Notes under the pieces: generated by a model
What the model was told of the DNA's origin: nothing
What the model saw: only the letters and a program-made list of their open reading frames with translations
The model's database searches: none
NCBI RefSeq assembly: GCF_009914755.1
Contig: NC_060947.1
Source: the human T2T-CHM13v2.0 reference genome, Homo sapiens
DNA: 64,000 nucleotides
Strand: one strand, 5' to 3'
Translations under genes and position numbers: made by a program
Part shown: in pieces, positions 30,158-42,503 of the stretch
How the letters are laid out: each line of letters starts with the position of its first letter
Numbering within the stretch: position 1 is the first letter of the stretch

Positions 30158-31062
30158 CTTTGTGGTTTTATCTACTTTTGGTCTTTGATGATGGTGATGT
30201 AGAGATGGGTTTTCGGTGTAGATGTCCTTTCTGGTTGTTAGTTTTCCTTCTAACAGACAGGACCCTCAGCTGCAGGTCTGTTGGAATACCCTGCTGTGTG
30301 AGGTGTCAGTGTGCCCCTGCTGGGGGGTGCCTCCCAGTTAGGCTGCTCGGGGGTCAGGTGTCAGGGACCCACTTGAGGAGGCAGTCTGACCGTTCTCAGA
30401 TCTCCAGCTGCGTGCTGGGAGAACCACTGCTCTCTTCAAAGCTGTCAGACAGGGACATTTAAGTCTGCAGAGGTTACTGCTGTCTTTTTGTTTGTCTGTG
30501 CCCTGCCCCCAGAGGTGGAGCCTACAGAGGCAGGCAGGCCTCCTTGAGCTGTGGTGGGCTCCACCCAGTTCGAGCTTCCCGGCTGCTTTGTTTACCTAAG
30601 CAAGCCTGGGCAATGGCGGGCGCCCCTCCCCCAGCCTCGTTGCCGCCTTGCAGTTTGATCTCAGACTGCTGTGCTAGCAATCAGTGAGATTCCGTGGGCG
30701 TAGGACCCTCTGAGCCAGGTGTGGGATATAGTCTCGTGGTGCGCCGTTTCTTAAGCCAGTCTGAAAAGTGCAATATTCGGGTGGGAGTGACCTGATTTTC
30801 CAGGTGCGTCCGTCACCCCTTTCTTTGACTCGGAAAGGGAACTCCCTGACCCCTTGCGCTTCCCAGGTGAGGCAATGCCTCGCCCTGCTTCGGCTCGCGC
30901 ACGGTGCGCACACACACTGGCCTGCGCCCACTGTCTGGCACTCCCTAGTGAGATGAACCCGGTACCTCAGATGGAAATGCAGAAATCACCCGTCTTCTGC
31001 GTCGCTCACGCTGGGAGCTGTAGACCGGAGCTGTTCCTATTCGGCCATCTTGGCTCCTCCCT
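30158..31062 (-). promoter_or_regulatory. L1HS 5'UTR: CpG-rich internal sense promoter with YY1 site, plus antisense promoter
   Basis: High CpG retention; CAAGATGGCCG YY1 motif near the 5' end; ~900 bp before ORF1 ATG. Confidence 0.9.
30613..30687 (+). pseudogene. ORF0: L1 ORF0 truncated by a premature stop
   Basis: ATG GCG GGC GCC CCT CCC CCA... reads MAGAPPPASLPPCSLISDCCASNQ then TGA at 30685-30687 (consensus CGA). Confidence 0.85.
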
Positions 31063-31446
31063 CAGCCCTCACTCTTAAGCTGAAGGCCCAAGACCCCCTG
31101 GGAAGCTGCTGATGTAAGTCCCAAAGTCCAAAGGCCTAAGAACCTGGAGTCTGATGTCCAAGGGCAGGAGGAGAGGAATCAAGTATCCAGCATGGGAAGA
31201 GAGAGAGAAAGCCACAAGACTCAGCAAGCAAAATTATCATGCCTTCTTCCACCTGCTTTGTTCTTGCCATTCTGGCAGCCGATTGAATGGTGTCCACCCA
31301 CACTGGGTTGAATCTTGATCCTCCAGTCCACTGACTCAAATGTCAATCTCCTCTGGCAACACCCTCACAGACACACCCAGGAACAGTGCTTCACCAGCCA
31401 TCTGGGCATCCTCAAGCCAGTCAAGTTGACTTGTAATATTAACCAT

Positions 31447-31798
31447 TGTTGGGATGATCAGACCCAACACCAGGTCGTGGGGGCGACAAAGTCCAGTGGA
31501 GTCAAAGGAATGAGAAAAAGACAGTTTGAGAGAAGAAGTGGGACCAGGGGGGCCATCGTGAGTGTGGAGGCTGTGAAGGCCCAGAGCTCTGGGAGCCCAC
31601 GCTATTTATTGGTGCTCAAACAAACAAACAAACAGGTGGTGAGGATGTAGGGGTTGAAAGGAAACAGTGTATCAAGTGAATGAGAAACATATGGCTGCTT
31701 GAGATAACGGAAGTGCTAGAAGCAAAGAGCCAGCAAGTCTAGCAGACATGCAAGCCCTGCCTCAGCTTCTCTCCCAACACTCAGCTTTTCTCCCAACA
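31447..31798 (-). mobile_element. LTR14-like solo LTR (HERV-K14/HML-1, ERVK)
   Basis: Reverse strand starts tgttgggagaaaagctgagtgttgggagagaagctgaggcagggcttgcatg; TG...CA termini; AATAAA present; TSD accat. Confidence 0.8.
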
Positions 31799-33779
31799 AC
31801 CATCACACTGGGCTAATATCAAAATATCAGCAGGGCTGATTTTTTTTTCTGGGGGTTCTAGAGGAAATTTCAGTTTCTTTATTTTTCCAATTTCTAGAGG
31901 CTGTTCACATTCTTTGGTTTTTGTCCCTTTCTTGTCCCTTCAAAGCCAGTCATCACCAGTCAAGTCTTTCTCACACTACCTTACTCTGACATTGACTAAT
32001 TAACCTTCCTCTTCCATTTTTAAGAGTCCTTGTGATTACATTAGATTCACCTGAATAGTCCAGGATAATAGGTCAAATTATTAATATGGTCAAATGATTA
32101 ATAACCTTAGTTTTACCTATACCTTGAATTCCATTTGCTATATGACATTACATATTCACAGGTGCTGTGGATTATAACACGTACATTTGAGGGACCATTA
32201 TTCTGCCTATTGCACTATGTCACCACCAGTCATCTTTTATACATGTTTATTTTCTTATAGGCCAATTCAAATGCCTTTCTGGAAGTAGATAGAGTACAAT
32301 TGTAAATGCATTTATTAAATGTAGCCATTGTTCATCAAATTTCCATTGATTTATTCAATATCTACTGAGCATATGCTATATGTTAGATATAACAAACATG
32401 GCATGCTCCCTGCTCTTAAGAAAATCGTATTTATCCACAGTGGATGAATTTTAAGAGGCAGATGCCCCTAAGTCTTTGTTTTTTTGTTTCTTTGCTTCTT
32501 AACTCAGTTGCTCTGTGTAGTTAATAATATGTAAGCAGATATGTAAATGTATTTAGGGAAAACCATAATTAAAAGAGCCCTGCAGTGAATGTTTATGCAT
32601 AGCAAATCATTCTTTCATAATGAAAACAACCACTTTCTGATGTATCCATCTTGTAACGTTATATTTCACATACCTAAAACTCCCCACTTTAAAAATGCCT
32701 GTCCAATCTTACCCTTCATCCCAGTCAAATCAGCCACAAATTGCCAGGGCCAGTAGCATAACTTACCTATTTTCATAGAAAGCAGCCAAAATTGTTTTTG
32801 TGTTTTTTTCTTTCTTCCTGCTCTACTTTTCCTTTTTTTACTCTGTCTCTTCATTGATATTTCTGTTAGTTTTACCTTAGGCAATTTCTTTCATGGCATC
32901 TTCTTTAATCTAATTTTTCATTTTTTGCCAATTTTTACTCCCCTTTATTACATAAAAAATCTCTTGCTTGCAACCCACATTTCGTTCTATTTTGAAATCA
33001 AATATAATAACCACATACCCTAGTAATAATTTATAGGCTTATACACAAATGTTTATTATAGGAGCTTATCACATATTCTTATGGATTGTGTGAGAGTGAA
33101 ACCTATCAAAAAGTAACCAATATGATCAACCACCAAAGTGCCTGAAAGTGTCCAGAACTTCTCAGTGGAATCACTGCAAAAGAGTTTTACTTCCTTCTCA
33201 TCTTTGTTAAACCTAGAGGTTAATGCCTTTACACTTAAGGCCATAGGTCACAGCACACTAAGACCATAATGATGAAGGGTATATAGCAACCCTGATGTAA
33301 ACAGATTCTCCATAATAAAAAATAACCACACAAAATTGTGGCAAGACTTATCTCCATGGCACCTCAGCTGAGGTTTCCTTTTAGCCAGAGAAAAAGGGGC
33401 TCGTACACTTTGAGACTTATTGTCTGTTTAAGCTTGGACAACCTATAATTTCTCTAGGCCCCAATTTCAACCTCTTCCAAGTGAAGATAACCTTATCCTT
33501 TGCTCACAATATTAGCTCCTTTTACTTTTCTCTTTACAAATCATAATTGTTAGATAAACTAGAATCTGCTATGAATAAAGAGTAGCACACTCAGACCATC
33601 AAATTGCACTTATTTGAGCCAAAAGACTGAGATGCAATAGATCTTCATACTCACAATTTACCAACTTGAAGCAGAATCAGCAAAGAAATTCTCAACTTAT
33701 TATCATCATCATCATCACTATCACACACCACAACCCCCACACTTTTAACCATAATATTAGACTATTTGTTTGAGATTCC

Positions 33780-34088
33780 ATGAGAGGAAGGCAGGTGGTC
33801 TCAAAGAGCAGACGGATGTCCTTTACTAATAGCCAGCAAGAAAACAGGGACCTCAGACCTACAACCACAAGGAACAAATTCAGCCAACAATCTGAATGAG
33901 ATTGGAAACAGATTCTTCCCAGCCTCCAGATGAGACCTCACTCCCAACCAGCATCTTGATTTCAGTCTTGTGAGACCCTGAGCAGAGAATCCAGATAAGC
34001 CTGCCAGGACTTCTGAACTACAAAACTCTGAGCTAATAGGTGGGTCTTAATCTGATAATTTGTTATGCAACAATAGAAAACGAATGCA
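33780..34088 (+). mobile_element. MLT1 LTR 3' half
   Basis: agccagcaagaaaacagggacctcagacctacaaccacaaggaa...aatttgttatgcaacaatagaaaacgaatgca. Confidence 0.8.
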
Positions 34089-35857
34089 GCTGATGACTTC
34101 AATTCTTACCATCTTTGCTGTTAACTACTCACCAGGAGAAAGGAAGGCAGCAGTTAGTAAAATAGAAGGGAGATAGTTATGAGAGACAAATGCAATCTCA
34201 CAGTTTCACTGAGGTCCAGTCTTAAGTACTGCTGTATCAATTACCTTATATTATAACAGTTTGCAGCCCTTCATTTGGTCTAGTCAATTTTATTCAGTGG
34301 TTTTAAAGTCTCAGTCTCAAGTCAGCAGGCATTTCTAATAACCACATGAAATAACTTCAACAAAATCCTTCACTCAAATTAATTCTCCTGAAACCTACAA
34401 TAAAGGCTTGTTACCATTTTGAGTAACTATAGCCACCCTTCATTCTCCTTTCTGAAGGTTAAACATCATCTATACACTAATCAATCATCACTACAGAGAT
34501 TAGTAGAAACATCTGCATGTCAAAATTCAGTTGGTACAATGTTAATAATTATTTCTTGCAAACAATTATTTCAGCCCGAATGTCCCAAGATTAAGCACGT
34601 GAAGTGACTCAAAGTTTGCCAAAAGTATCTGATTTTGAGATTTTGTTGTCATTCTTTGCTAGAGTGCTGTCACGATACAATGCTTGCAATATGTTATGTA
34701 AAGAATTCATTTAACTTATATAGCACTTTATGGCTGTGGCTAAATATATTGTGAGATCTTTTGTCACTACATATTTCTATTTGTTCATCAAGGTCATATT
34801 CACAGGCAGTTTAGCCTGCCTAGAGTATAACTTCAAATCCCTTGGAGCAGGGGCTTTCAACAACTGCATTTCCCAGTTATGGAATTGACTTCCAACTTCT
34901 GCTTGTAGAGTATCATCTGTATTGGAATTTTAAACTAAATGTATGACATATCTGCTTACTGATGCAGTCAAATACTCTTTTTTAAATGGCTTTAAAAAAA
35001 TCTTCCAAAACCATGTGACTTTTTTTTTTCCTCAATGGTAATTCAAGGCACATATAGTGTTGCTGGCTGTTTTCGTCTTTGTTTTTAATAACTTGGAAAA
35101 AAGCTACACCTACCCCCAACAACAATTTCTGCGAGTTAGAGACTGGTAATTTTTAAATCTATCATCAAATTGTTTCACTTCATAAGATTACAACGATGTA
35201 CATGAGATGCACATAAGGCAGCTGTCTTCTACCTTCAACCTCCAGCTCCCATCCTGAAGGCCTGTGGTAGTGAGACGTTCTGCACCTAAGGCCATCTTGT
35301 CAAGAAACATTTTGCTGGGTAAATAAGTAAACTACAGTATGTGCTTTCATTGTGCGTTGTTGACTTCTGCAGGTATGATTTAGAAGACATTATTATTAAT
35401 ATCATAGGTGGCTAATGTAAATGATGGAAAAACCATAGGTCAATAATATAATATACACAGCACATATTTATCAAAGCTAGAAAGAGTAGAAAATAGAAAA
35501 TAGAGTGCAATTTTACTATTAAATTATAGGGCTTAGAAAATATTATGATGCCTGACTACTCTCAAGAAGATTTGTCAACAATTTCTAGGGAACACATCAC
35601 ATCTTGTCAAAATCACAGGCCTTTTAATAAAGAATACGACTAAAAACATAGTCTATGTTATTCAAAAACCCTTATATAAAATGTACACAATAGTTATCTT
35701 TTTAAAATTCAGTTCCAGAGAAAATTTCCACCTCCTGGTGACCTGACCCATTTCCTTCTGTCAGCCAATTCATTTTGTCTTCGACTGTGGCTGGCATGAC
35801 TTTCAGAGCTAAAATATAGCTCAAATACTTTATATTAACTTAGTTATTTGGTATACT

Positions 35858-36725
35858 TGTTGTAGGAGACCCCCTGAAACTATTGCTACAGAATAAAAGA
35901 TGAAATGCTCCTGATTATTGTAAATATAAAGTTGCATGCAGGATTGTGTAAAGACAATGCCAGGTTGGACTGCCAGAACAAGCCAACAGCATGTGATGTG
36001 CTTCCCCCTGCAGAGAGCCTATGAATGGATGTGCAGTCAGGGAGGTTTCACATCACCAAGATTCCTATCCCAGAAAAGCAGATGTTCATAGCTCTGGGAA
36101 TGGAATGTGATCCTTGTGGAGAGCCTATAAACGGATGCATGGTGGGGGGTGCCTGTCCATATGGATAAGATAGGGCTATAAACACCCTCATCTTGCCATG
36201 GCTCTTCTAGGGTTAAAGCATACTCCTTTCTGAGAATTTCTGGTCTAACTGGTTGTCTAACTTCATGTCCTGTTTCTATGGATTGTTTGTAACCAGCTTT
36301 TGCTGCAACTGTTACTGCTGATTAATATCTTGCTAATCATAGGTTATGGAAAGACTGTGTTTCTGTTTTAAGGCTCTGTTAGAAATTACTGATGCACACA
36401 CTATATTGTAAATTCTTATCTCTGTGTACTGTACTTCTGCATACAGATGTTATGTTAAAGAATTACTTCATCCCTATGTGACCATCTCACCTCATAATCA
36501 AATGACCCTAAATCCCTCACTAACCTACCCCTGCCCTCACTAAACTTAATAATAAATGCTGGTATATCCAGTGCATTGTTGGCACCATGGGACCAGAAGG
36601 CGGTGACCCCCCGGACCCAGCTTTCACTATCTTGTGTGTGTCTATTATTTGTCAACCTGCCGATCCGCCTGGGAACAAAGAGAGAGCCCCGTTGCATTGC
36701 AGGCTGCTGGCCAGATCCCACAATA
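35858..36725 (+). mobile_element. Solo ERVK LTR, MER11D-like (~870 bp)
   Basis: tgttgtaggagaccccctgaaactattgc...; AATAAA near 36551; ends ggccagatcccacaata; family assigned from recalled consensus. Confidence 0.7.
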
Positions 36726-37344
36726 ACTCATGTTCTCTCAGTTTAGCTTTTTGTAAATATTTCAGCATTTACAAACATTTATTAGCCTCTCACACTTTAT
36801 AAGACTGCTTTTATCCTTTATAAATCCAAAAATGTAAATAGATGATCATCTCATTATTTTGAAATGGTAAGTTGAGAATTAATTGAGGGAGTAGCCATGG
36901 GCAGAAGGGAGACTTATACTCTTCCCAAAAGTACCAGAAACTACCCTACTGCATTTTAGCGAATATACCTTAGAGATCTAGACATTTAGAGACATCATTT
37001 GATTACTTCATTTATTTTTGTAACAATTGTTCACATGAACTTACTTTCTATGGTCTATCATCTTTTTGATTTCTGTAGTTATTCTTGGACTGAGACAAGT
37101 GAGATTCTAAAATCACATGCCTAATTGGACTTTTCAATGTCACTGCCAACAGTTATCTAGTATTTTTTCTTAGTTTTTTTCATATACAGCTTTTTGCCAT
37201 TATTTCCATTTATCAAGTTTTAGGGAATAGGGATCTCAATGTTTGCAAAGAAAACAAACATTGTTTTAGAATTTTTATTTCTAAAGAAGGCTTTATTTTG
37301 GTTCAGACATCTGAAAATAAGTAGAAATCTAGTGAAATATGTTG

Positions 37345-37657
37345 CATTGACTCATTCATTTGACAATTTTGAGAATCTATATGAGTAAAGCATTGTTCTA
37401 GGTGTTGGTGATACAGTAGTAAATTAGAAAAATCAAAGTCTTTACCATCAAAGAACTTGCAGTCTCATGGTGGAAAGAAAATAAATATCTAGATAAATAG
37501 ATAAATACTTTCTAATAAGAATAAATGCTAAAGAGAAAAATAGCAGGGTAATGAGGTGGACAGCAATGTAGAAAGCTAGTGGAAACGTTAGAATCTTTTG
37601 CTAAGGGAATTTGGAAAAGCATCTCAGATAATGTAATATATGAACTCAGAGTTGAAA
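37345..37657 (-). mobile_element. L2 fragment
   Basis: tcattcatttgacaattttgagaatctat...cattgttctaggtgttggtgatacagtag. Confidence 0.6.
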
Positions 37658-37659
37658 TA

Positions 37660-40185
37660 CGAGGGAGCTTCAAGACATTTATTGAAAATTTGAATAAAGT
37701 ATAAAAAATAAAAATAAAAACTTTATTTTTCAACATAAGCTCCATCAAGTTCATGACAGTTGTGTAGGTGATGATATCTGCCATTAAATAACTGGGGGTC
37801 CTGGGAGTTTAACCATGTCAATATAGTCTTTTTTTCCATTAATAACTGAAGGAAACAGGTGCCATTTAAAGATTTTTAAAGATGAGATAACAAAATGAAG
37901 TCAGAAAATGCCAAATCAAGACTGTAAGGTGGATGCCTAATGATTTCCCATTGAAACTCTCATAAAGTTGTCCCTGTTTGGTAAGAGGAATGAGCAGGAA
38001 CATAGTTGTGGTCAAGAAGGACTCTCTGGTGAAGCTTTCCTGGGCATTTTTCTGCTAAAGTTCTGGCTAACTTTCTCAAAAACACTTGTAATATGCAGAT
38101 GTTATAGTCCTTTGGCCCTCCAGAAGGAAAAGAAGCAAAATGCCTTGAGCATCCAAAAAAACTGCTGCCATAATCTTTGCTCTTCAATAGCTTACTTTTG
38201 CTAAGGGTGGGACACTCCCACCTTTCGGTAACCATTGCTTTGATTGTGCTTTGTCTTCAGGAGTGTATTGGTAAAGTCATGTTTCATCTCTGGTAACAGT
38301 TCTTCAAAGAAATATGTCAGGACCTTGATCCCACTTGTTTAAAATTTCCATTGAAAGCTCCATTCTTGTCTGCAGCTAATCTTGTGTGCAATGGTTTTGG
38401 CGTTCATTGACTGGAAAGTGTGTTCAACCTTAATTTTTCAGTCAGAATTGTATATGCTGAAGCACTTGAACTGTCTATGGTGTTAGCTATTGTTTCTGCT
38501 CTTAAACATTGGTCCTCTTAATTTAGGGCCTGAATAAGATTTTTTTTCTCACAAATTTATATGCATGATCTGCTGCAACAGATTTCACCTTTACCATCAT
38601 CTCATTCCTTCTAGAAGATGAATTATCCATTTGTAAACTGATAATTTCTTTGGGAGTATTATCCCTATAAACTTTTATTAAAGCATCATTGACTTTAGCA
38701 TTCTTCCCCATAAGCTTCACCACAAATTTGATATTTGTTCTTGCTTCCGTTTTAGCAGAATTCATGTTGCTCTGATAGAGGACCTTGTCCAACTAATGCC
38801 ATATCTTTGTTAGTGCTTCAAGCTAGATTCTGATCAGACTTGATATAACAAGTTAGTATGAATTTATTTTGGAGCAAAAATAGTTTGAAATACATGCAGA
38901 AATTTTTACATTTAATTTAATTTAATTTAAAGTTCTGGTATACATATGCAGGACATGTAGGTTTGTTATAGGTAAACATATGCCGAGGTAGTTTGCTGAA
39001 CTTATCAACCCATCACCTAGGTATTAAGTCCCGCATGCATTAGCTATTTTTCCTGATGCTCTCCCTACCCCAATACCCTCCAACAGGCCCCACTGCATAT
39101 TGTTCTTCTGACTGTGTCCATGTGTTCTTATTGTTCAGCTTCCACTTATAAGTGAGAACACACTGTATTTGTTTTTCTGTTCCAGTGTTCCTTTGTTGAG
39201 GATAATGGTTTCCAGCTTCACCTATGTTCTTGCAAAGGACATGATCTTGTTTCTTTTTATGACTGCATAGTATTCCACGATGTATATGTATGATGTTTTC
39301 TTTATCCAGTCTATCATTGATGGACATTTGAGTTGATTCCATGTCTTCGCTATTGTGAACAGTGCTGTAACGAACATACTTGTGCATGTATCTTTACAAT
39401 AGAATGATATATATTCCTTTGGGTATATACCCAGCAATGGGATTGCTGGGTCAAATGATGTTTCTGGTTCTAGTTCTTTGAGGAATATCCACACTGTCTT
39501 CCACAATGGTTGAACTAAAAGATGGACTAAAGACTTAAATGTAAAACCCAAAACTATAAAAACTCTAGAAGAAAATGTAGGCAATACTATTCAAGACATA
39601 GTCATGGGCAAAGATTTTATGACAAAAAATATTGAAAGCAATTGCTTTTGATATTTTATATCAAATAACAAAACCAAAAATTGACATATGTGATCTAATT
39701 AAACTAAAGAGCTCCTGCACAGCAAAAGAAACTATCATCAGAGTGAACAGACAACCTACAGAATGGGAGAAAATTTTTGCAATCTATCCATCTGACAAAG
39801 GTCTAATATCCATAATCTACAAGGAACTGAAACAAACTTACAGGAAAAAAAACAACCCCATTAAAAAGTGGGTAAAAGACATGTACAGATACTTCTGAAA
39901 AGAAAACTTCTTTGTGGCCAATAAACATATGAAAAAATCTCAACATCACTGATTATTAGAGAAATGGAAATCAAAACCACAATGAGATACCATCTCACGC
40001 CAGTTAGAATGGAGAGTACTAAAAAGTAAAGCAACAACAGATGCTGGCAAGGCTGTGGAGAAATAGGAACACTTTTATGCTGTTGGTGGGAATGTAAATT
40101 AGTTAAACCATGTGGAAGACAGTGTGGCGATTCCTCATAATTTTTTATAATACACATTTTTCATGAACTTTTTGAAGACCATTAG
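37660..40185 (-). mobile_element. HSMAR2 mariner DNA transposon, essentially full length (~1.3 kb net), interrupted by an L1
   Basis: TA-flanked TIRs cgagggagcttcaagacattt and catgaactttttgaagacc; transposase N-terminus MNSAKTEARTNIKFVVKL...DALIKVYRDNTPK (38523-38792). Confidence 0.9.
38905..40138 (-). mobile_element. 5'-truncated, 5'-inverted L1 (L1PA10-13-like) inserted in HSMAR2
   Basis: Minus-strand 3' end 38905-39517, then plus-strand ORF2 segment 39518-40138 ([32 protein letters not shown]). Confidence 0.88.
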
Positions 40186-40209
40186 TATATAACATTAAAT
40201 ACTTGTATA

Positions 40210-41070
40210 TAATTATATGTTCATTCATTGAACAAATAGTTATTAAACTCTTTCTATTGTCAGACACTGTAGAAAAACAAAAGTGAACAAAACACACATG
40301 TTCTGTGGGAGTTTATAATTAGTGTGAGATATCAACAAATAATAGATGATAATGAAAAACAGTCTAAATAATGTATTTTATCAACTAAAGTGTGATCATG
40401 CCAGAAAAGTATATAATAATGGTAACTTGCCAAGTCATAGAAATGATAATGGAGCTGAAATATGAAGGACAGGTAGGAATTATTTAGAAGCAGAATGGGT
40501 AGAAGAAAATTCCAGGCAGAGGAAACAGCATGTGCAAAGGCCTTACATTGGATGAAAGAATGACATACTTGAGAAATCAAAATAAAAGTTATGGTTAATA
40601 AGAGAGGGAAATAAATTTCTTGATATAATATGGGGCTGGAGAGGTAGATTGGGTTCATACCATGCAGGGCCTTATAGCAATGTTAAGAATTTTATTCTGT
40701 ATTCCAAAAACAACTGAGTTCTATCAAAGATTTTAAGGCAAAAGAGTGACAGTTTTACAGGTATTTCTGGAAAGAAAAGTCTAGCTTCTGTAAGAAGAAT
40801 TGGGTATGGAAAAGTAGATGTGGAGATGCTATTCCAGAAAGTTATTACTATAGTTTTGATCAAGATAATGGTGTCTTGATATTTGATGGCTACAATGGTG
40901 GTAGAGATATGGAGAAAAGGCCCATTTCAGTGATATGTGGGAGACAAAATCCACAGAACTAATTGACAGGTTGAGAATGGAAGTGAGAGAAAGGGATTTC
41001 TAGGATAATTTCTACATTTCTAGCTTCTCAGTTTAATTGTTGGCAGTGTCATTTGCTAAGATAAAAAATG
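40210..41070 (-). mobile_element. L2 fragment
   Basis: tcattcattgaacaaatagttatt; ttccaggcagaggaaacagcatgtgcaaaggcc. Confidence 0.75.
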
Positions 41071-41481
41071 CTTTTGGATGTGTTTAATTTTATATATGAG
41101 TATATTATGTTCATGTATTTATAGAATGCTGTTTGTGATACAGGTATCAACCAAGCATTCCTAACTGCGACCAGTGAAAATACTGCCCCAATGAAGTTGT
41201 TCCAAGAAAGTGCTTATGCCATGTGAAACTCCTGCTGTCAAGTCCCTCCTAATCTCATATCTCACAGTGCTTTTATACAAGCTTATATAAGATCTTATAC
41301 AGAGCTTAGACCAAGATAGTCCCAAATTTGGCTATTTATTTAGCACTTACTCCATGCCACAAAATATTTTAATAATTTTATATGAATTACCCCATACAGT
41401 ACTCTTATCGATCCAGTGAGAATATTTGTTATACTGTCATAGTTATAGCAAAAATGTATTTTTTCTTATATATAACATCAT

Positions 41482-41841
41482 TGTCAGTTTTCTGTTATCA
41501 CATTGCTATAAAGAACTACATGAGGCTGGTTAATTTATACAGAAAAGAGGTTTAATTGACTCACAGTTCTGCAGGCTGTACAGGAACCATGGCTGGGGAG
41601 GCCTCAGGAAAGGAAGCAAGCACATCTTACCATGACAGGAGAAGGAGGAAGAGAGAGAAGGGGGAGGTGCTACACACTTATAAACAACTAGATCTCATGG
41701 GGACACACTCACTATTACAACAACAGCAAGGGGGAAGTCCACCTCCATGAGCCAATCACCTCCCACCTGACCCCTCCTCTGACACTGGGGATTACAATTC
41801 AACATAAGATTTGGGTGGAAACACAAATACAAACCATATCA
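41482..41841 (-). mobile_element. MSTA-like solo LTR
   Basis: cacattgctataaagaactacatgagg...gattacaattcaacataagatttgggtggaaacacaaatacaaaccatatca. Confidence 0.88.
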
Positions 41842-42094
41842 CCAATTGATACCTGAGAGCAATTTGATAATAACTTATATGAATGTAAAGTCTGATAACA
41901 CAAAGTGTTGGTTAAATATAGGGAAACAAGGCATTCTATATATTGCCTGTGGGTGTAAATCTGTATAAACCCTTTGAACAATGTATTTATATAAAACAAT
42001 ATTAACTTCTTTCTTCAAATTATCAATCTTTTAAGACGACCATAGTCATTAGTGAACAGGATTTCTTTAATCTTATTAGGAATAATGTATTTTG

Positions 42095-42503
42095 TTTTAA
42101 TTTTTTTTATTATACTTTAAGTTCTAGGGTAAAAGTGCACAACTTGCAGGTTTGTTACATATGTATACATGTGCCATGTTGGTGTGCTGCACCCATTAAC
42201 TCGTCATTTAGCATTAGGTATATCTCCTAATGCTATTGCTCCCCCCTCCCCCCAGCCTATGACAGGCCCCAGTGTGTGATATTCCCCTTCCTGTGTCCAA
42301 GTGTTCCCATTTTTCAATTCCCACCTATGAGTGAGAACATGTGGTGTTTGGTTTTTTGTCCTTGCGATAGTTTGCTGAGAATGATGGTTTCCAACTTCAT
42401 CCATGTCCCTACAAAGGACATGAACTCATCATTTTTTCTGGCTGCATAGTATTTCATGGTGTATATGTGCCACATTTTCTTAATCCAGTCTATCATTGTT
42501 GGA
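42095..42503 (-). mobile_element. L1PA4/5-like 3' end (~400 bp)
   Basis: ttattatactttaagttctaggg...ccattaactcgtcatttagcattagg; ORF2 C-terminus ...MFSLIGGN. Confidence 0.92.

Noticed and set aside
37960-38792. HSMAR2 transposase as a domesticated gene
   Set aside because: The reading frame is broken by several frameshifts and stops; only short peptides match.
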